Made by a program: the position numbers and the translations under genes. Source: Clostridia bacterium (GTDB lineage: Bacteria > Bacillota > Clostridia > Christensenellales > UBA1242). Taken from it: a DNA stretch of 64,000 nucleotides. This document shows, one piece after another, positions 60,298 through 64,000 of the stretch (position 1 is the stretch's first letter; each line of letters begins with the position of its first letter). The DNA lies in NCBI GenBank assembly GCA_045534265.1, contig JAZSJH010000009.1:54531-118530 (forward strand), written 5' to 3'. A model generated the notes under the pieces. It was not told the origin of the DNA, ran no database searches, and saw only the letters and a list, made by a program, of their open reading frames with translations.

Positions 60298-61034
60298 TGG
60301 AATACACAAAACCAAACGAAATGGTTTATGATTTACAATGCAAAGGTCTTAAGATTATCCAAGACAAAGAAGGATATTGTTTTACAACCGACAGCGTGCT
60401 TCTTGCAAATTTTGTAAGATGCAAGCCTAAAGATAGAGTAGTTGAGTTTTGCTCTGGTAGCGGTGTTGTATCTATTCTTGCCTTTGCAAAAAATAGATGC
60501 AAAGACTATACTTTGGTCGAAATTCAACCAAGACTTGCAGATATGAGCAATCGTACAATTATGTTAAATGATTTGCAAGAGTATATCAAAGTACAGAACA
60601 AATCTTTTCAAGATTTTACATTGGACAATAATGAAAATTATGACGTACTTATTTGCAATCCGCCATATTTTTCTAATGCTAGTGCAGACAAAAATATAAG
60701 TGAGGAACTACGCATTGCAAGACACGAACTTACAATGAATTTGCAAGACCTTGCAAAGAGTATAAATAAAGTATTAAAATATGGTGGCAAATTTTATCTA
60801 GTACACAAAGCCGAAAGATTTGATGAGATATTAACTTCCTTTTCTCAAAATTGTTTAGCAATCAAAAATGTAGTATTTTGTCACCCTAAAATAGATAAAG
60901 ACGCTTCTTTTGTCTTGTTTGAAGGCATCAAAGGGGGCAAAAACGGCTTAAAAGTATTGCCACCACTAATTCTTAACGAAAAAACAGGCGAGATTTCAGC
61001 GCAAATTAAAGACATCTACAACAGTAATGTTTAG
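60297..61034 (+). CDS. tRNA (adenine-N6)-methyltransferase-like (YabB/TrmN6 family)
   Basis: SAM motif EFCSGSGVVS and catalytic NPPYF. Position matches yabB in Bacillus. Its start overlaps the yaaT stop (TAATG). Confidence 0.75.
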   Translation: MEYTKPNEMVYDLQCKGLKIIQDKEGYCFTTDSVLLANFVRCKPKDRVVEFCSGSGVVSILAFAKNRCKDYTLVEIQPRLADMSNRTIMLNDLQEYIKVQNKSFQDFTLDNNENYDVLICNPPYFSNASADKNISEELRIARHELTMNLQDLAKSINKVLKYGGKFYLVHKAERFDEILTSFSQNCLAIKNVVFCHPKIDKDASFVLFEGIKGGKNGLKVLPPLILNEKTGEISAQIKDIYNSNV

Positions 61035-61537
61035 ATAAATTTACATATAAGGCAACCAAATATTGCCCCTATAATTGTTGCAAAAAGTGAAACGGGAATT
61101 GCATAGCCAAGCCGTTTCACTTTTGTTTTTGAAAAGTAAACAGTTGATATATAAAAAACAGTTTCACTGCTTCCCATAATCACGCTAGCGCATCTTGCTA
61201 TATATGTGTCCACGCCATATGTTTTATAAATGTTATCAAGCAGAGCTAAACTGCCACTCCCGCTAAAAGGTTTTAATAATACAAGTTCGCAAAGCTCCGG
61301 TGGAATCCCCAAAAACTTAAATGCAGGTGATAGAGCGTATGACAAGTAATATGATAAATTGCTTATTCTAAATAGTTCCACCATAATCATTATTGCAATG
61401 ATAAATGGAAAGATATCAAGTACAAGTTCAAAGCTTTTTTTAGCTCCCGTTGTAAAACTTGTATAGCAATTTACTTTTTTTACTATGCCATAAACAAGTA
61501 TCAAAAAAATAATAATAGGTATTATGTAATCACTCAT
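61031..61537 (-). CDS. spmB: Spore maturation protein B-like / nucleoside-recognition membrane protein
   Basis: 168-aa polytopic membrane protein. ATGA overlap with the upstream spmA-like gene. Confidence 0.65.
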   Translation of the reverse strand: MSDYIIPIIIFLILVYGIVKKVNCYTSFTTGAKKSFELVLDIFPFIIAIMIMVELFRISNLSYYLSYALSPAFKFLGIPPELCELVLLKPFSGSGSLALLDNIYKTYGVDTYIARCASVIMGSSETVFYISTVYFSKTKVKRLGYAIPVSLFATIIGAIFGCLICKFI

Positions 61538-62094
61538 TTTCGTTTTACCTTATTCAAAATTAAAGCAATGCAAACCCCAACAAATGTTGTTACAAAAGTT
61601 GTGATGAGTGTTGGCAAGAATATATCTCCGCTACTTGCAGAGCCCGCAGCTGCCCTAAGACCTATTACCGTTGTTGGCAAGATTTGTAGTGATGTTGCGC
61701 ATAAAACAAAAAACAATTTCATATTGTTTGTTGCCTTGTCTGTCCCGTCCTGCATTCTTTGCATAGCTTCTATTCCCATAGGAGTTGCAACTCCGCCCAT
61801 TCCAAGCATGTTTGTCGAAATGCTAAGGCAAATTATTTTGTTTGTTTCGGGGTCCAACTTCCCAAAGAGCCGAGAGGTAAAAGGGCTCAAACCTTTTGCT
61901 AGTTTATTTGATAGACCGCTATCTTCGGCTATTTGAAGTATTCCTAGCCAAATGCTATAAATAACAAGCAAGTTAAAACAAAGTTCAAAACTATTTTCGC
62001 AGGCATTGACCATAGACGGAAGAGTAGCCGCCGGAGAAAAAACAACAAGCAAAAATACAGAAACAATAAGACAAATAATCCAAATTTTGTTCAT
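61534..62094 (-). CDS. spmA: Spore maturation protein A-like / nucleoside-recognition (Gate) domain protein
   Basis: Start placed at MNKIWIICL... (62094). Membrane protein with an NMLGMGGVATPMGIEAM motif. Confidence 0.65.
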   Translation of the reverse strand: MNKIWIICLIVSVFLLVVFSPAATLPSMVNACENSFELCFNLLVIYSIWLGILQIAEDSGLSNKLAKGLSPFTSRLFGKLDPETNKIICLSISTNMLGMGGVATPMGIEAMQRMQDGTDKATNNMKLFFVLCATSLQILPTTVIGLRAAAGSASSGDIFLPTLITTFVTTFVGVCIALILNKVKRK

Positions 62095-62174
62095 AATTGA
62101 TAATATATATGTTTTTTTATATAAAAAGTATGCTAAAAGCATTTTTTTGTGATAATATATTAATAGGTGAAAAT

Positions 62175-62951
62175 ATGTTAATAGATACACATTGTCATTT
62201 AGACGACAAAAAACTTGCAGAAAGTTTAGATTATATAATACAAAGTTTTGAAAGCGATAATATAGAAAAAGTAATTACAAGCTCTTCAAACATAGACGAA
62301 AGTTATACCGCTTGCAACCTTGCAGACAATCACAAAGAGATTTTTGCGACAATCGGTGTTCACCCACACTATGCAGATAGTTTGACAGAAGATGTAATAA
62401 AAAAACTAGAAGAGTTATCGGCAAACCCAAAAGTTGTAGCAATCGGCGAAATTGGTCTTGATTATTACTATAATATTTGCGAAAAAAGTGTACAAATCAA
62501 AACTTTTACCGACCAAATAATCCTTGCTGACAAACTAAATCTTCCTGTTGTATTCCATATAAGAGATGCTATTGGGGATTTTATGAACATTATTCGCAGT
62601 TACAAAAAATATTTTCGCAATGGTGGTGTTGTTCATAGTTTTAGCGGCAGCGTTGAGATAGCAAAAGAACTAATTTCTTATGGTTTTTATCTTGGCATCA
62701 ACGGCATTTGTACTTTCAAAAATGCAAATACAATATTAGATGTAATAAGAGAAATTCCACTTAAATATTTACTTGTCGAAACAGACGCTCCATATCTTAC
62801 ACCAGAGCCACATAGGGGCAAACCAAATCAGCCAAAATATACAATACATATGGCAAACAAAATAGCCGAAATAAAAGGACTTGGCGTTTCGGAAGTAATA
62901 GAAGAAACAAACAAAAATGCAAAAAGAATTTTTACAAGGATAAAAGATTAA
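62175..62951 (+). CDS. tatD: TatD-family metal-dependent hydrolase (YabD)
   Basis: MLIDTHCHLDD..., IGEIGLDYYY, VFHIRDA, VETDAPYLTP. AGGTGA RBS before the ATG at 62175. Confidence 0.9.
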   Translation: MLIDTHCHLDDKKLAESLDYIIQSFESDNIEKVITSSSNIDESYTACNLADNHKEIFATIGVHPHYADSLTEDVIKKLEELSANPKVVAIGEIGLDYYYNICEKSVQIKTFTDQIILADKLNLPVVFHIRDAIGDFMNIIRSYKKYFRNGGVVHSFSGSVEIAKELISYGFYLGINGICTFKNANTILDVIREIPLKYLLVETDAPYLTPEPHRGKPNQPKYTIHMANKIAEIKGLGVSEVIEETNKNAKRIFTRIKD

Positions 62952-63790
62952 TGGATAAAATTTTAGTAGAAAATAATTTTTCGTTCAAAAAACAATTCGG
63001 TCAAAACTTTATCAGCGACAAAAATCTTCTTAAAGCGATCGTAAGAGAAGGTGAGATAGATACTAGTGATGAAGTTTTAGAAATAGGTCCGGGTGCAGGT
63101 AGTTTAACGGAAGAGTTAATTAGCGTTGCAAGCAAAGTAGTAAGTTACGAAATAGACAAAGACTTAATCCCTGTACTAACCCAAAAGTTTGAAGGAAAAG
63201 ATAATTTTACACTTATCAACTGCGACATAATGAAAGCTGATATTAAAGATATAGAAAGTAACTTTTCTGGCGAGTATTGCTTGGTTGCCAATTTGCCTTA
63301 TTATATAACAAGCCCTATTATATTTAAGTTTTTGCAACAAGCAACTAGACTAAAGTCACTTTATATAATGGTCCAAAAAGAAGTAGGTGAGCGCATTTGT
63401 AGTAAAAGCGGCGGCAAAGATTATGGCGTTTTTTCTGTAATAGTCGATAGCTATTCTAATCCAAAAATCACCCGTATTGTACCACGCAATATGTTTTATC
63501 CTGTACCAAATGTTGATTCTTGCATGGTCAAACTTGATATAGATAAGTCAAAGTATGATATTAAAGACCGAGAAAAGTTTGAAAGTTTTATTAAAGCCTG
63601 CTTTGTAATGCGTAGAAAAAAACTTAGCAACAACCTAGAAAAAGTCCTAAACCTTAAAAAAGCAGAAATTGAAGAAAAATTGCAAGCTCTAGGCTTTGAT
63701 GGTGGAGTGAGAGCAGAAGAACTTACAACTAAACAATTTATTAGTATATTTGATTATATGCTTATCAATAATCATTTCAAAAACTCATAA
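62951..63790 (+). CDS. rsmA: 16S rRNA (adenine1518/1519-N6)-dimethyltransferase
   Basis: KKQFGQNFI, EIGPGAGSLTE, NLPYYITSPI. TAATG overlap with tatD. Confidence 0.93.
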   Translation: MDKILVENNFSFKKQFGQNFISDKNLLKAIVREGEIDTSDEVLEIGPGAGSLTEELISVASKVVSYEIDKDLIPVLTQKFEGKDNFTLINCDIMKADIKDIESNFSGEYCLVANLPYYITSPIIFKFLQQATRLKSLYIMVQKEVGERICSKSGGKDYGVFSVIVDSYSNPKITRIVPRNMFYPVPNVDSCMVKLDIDKSKYDIKDREKFESFIKACFVMRRKKLSNNLEKVLNLKKAEIEEKLQALGFDGGVRAEELTTKQFISIFDYMLINNHFKNS

Positions 63791-63882
63791 AAACTATGAG
63801 TTTTTTCTTTTTTAGACAGTATTTTACAAAAGCTGATTATTTTTTTAGATTATCCCAGAATATAATAGTTTAGAGGTAAAAT

Positions 63883-64000
63883 ATGTTTTATAAAAGAACT
63901 TTAATTTTGAGTGATGTGTCAAAATCTGGTAGTGACAAAAAAGGTGTAATTACCCTTGAGAGTTTTGAACAAGGCGTTAAGGGGCAGCTGAGATTGTATA
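63883..64000 (+). CDS. Hypothetical protein, 3'-truncated by the window edge
   Basis: GAGGT RBS 6 nt upstream of the ATG. MFYKRTLILSDVSKSGSDKKGVITLESFEQGVKGQLRLY... is open to the window end. Confidence 0.4.
   Translation, partial: MFYKRTLILSDVSKSGSDKKGVITLESFEQGVKGQLRLY

Noticed and set aside
1-64000. CRISPR arrays, transposases or integrases, prophage genes, rRNA and tRNA genes
   Set aside because: I scanned for regularly spaced direct repeats, DDE or tyrosine/serine recombinase motifs and tRNA-like GC-rich cloverleaf signatures. None was found.

Overview
AT-rich chromosomal segment that looks like Firmicutes/Clostridia. It uses the standard genetic code: TGG encodes Trp, TGA is the stop of murB and spmA, and TAA is the dominant stop. 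Almost all genes are on the + strand. I recognised no rRNA, tRNA, CRISPR array, transposase or integrase.

Layout:
- (1) 2..28422: two adjacent giant repeat-protein genes. One is truncated by the window edge (at least 3709 aa); the other is a 5491-aa lipoprotein. Both are built from GLUG-like GG[IV][IV]G beta-helix repeats, and together they cover 43% of the window. A strongly C-depleted 0.7-kb spacer separates them.
- (2) rpoB-rpoC.
- (3) About 2.9 kb of accessory sequence between rpoC and the str operon. It holds a lipoprotein gene disrupted by an 8-bp tandem duplication, a 49-aa ORF missing from the track, an orphan HicB-like gene and a 187-aa orphan. The last three each have their own promoter and terminator.
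- (4) ybxF-rpsL-rpsG-fusA-tuf, then trpS.
- (5) A small Cys-rich peptide gene divergent from an ArsR/SmtB-type regulator plus a methyltransferase.
- (6) A GC-rich candidate small RNA of about 146 nt, framed by a promoter and a terminator.
- (7) Housekeeping genes: uvrC (possibly leaderless), a hypothetical gene, murB, a PHP phosphatase, whiA, dnaE, pfkA, a small minus-strand ORF, greA (with a terminator in its leader), holB, yaaT/ricT, a TrmN6-like methyltransferase, spmB/spmA (minus strand), tatD, rsmA and a partial ORF.

The most interesting items are the giant-protein pair, the rpoC/str islet with its duplication frameshift, the Cys-peptide/ArsR pair and the unidentified small RNA. All functional labels come from reading motifs by eye; no searches were run.
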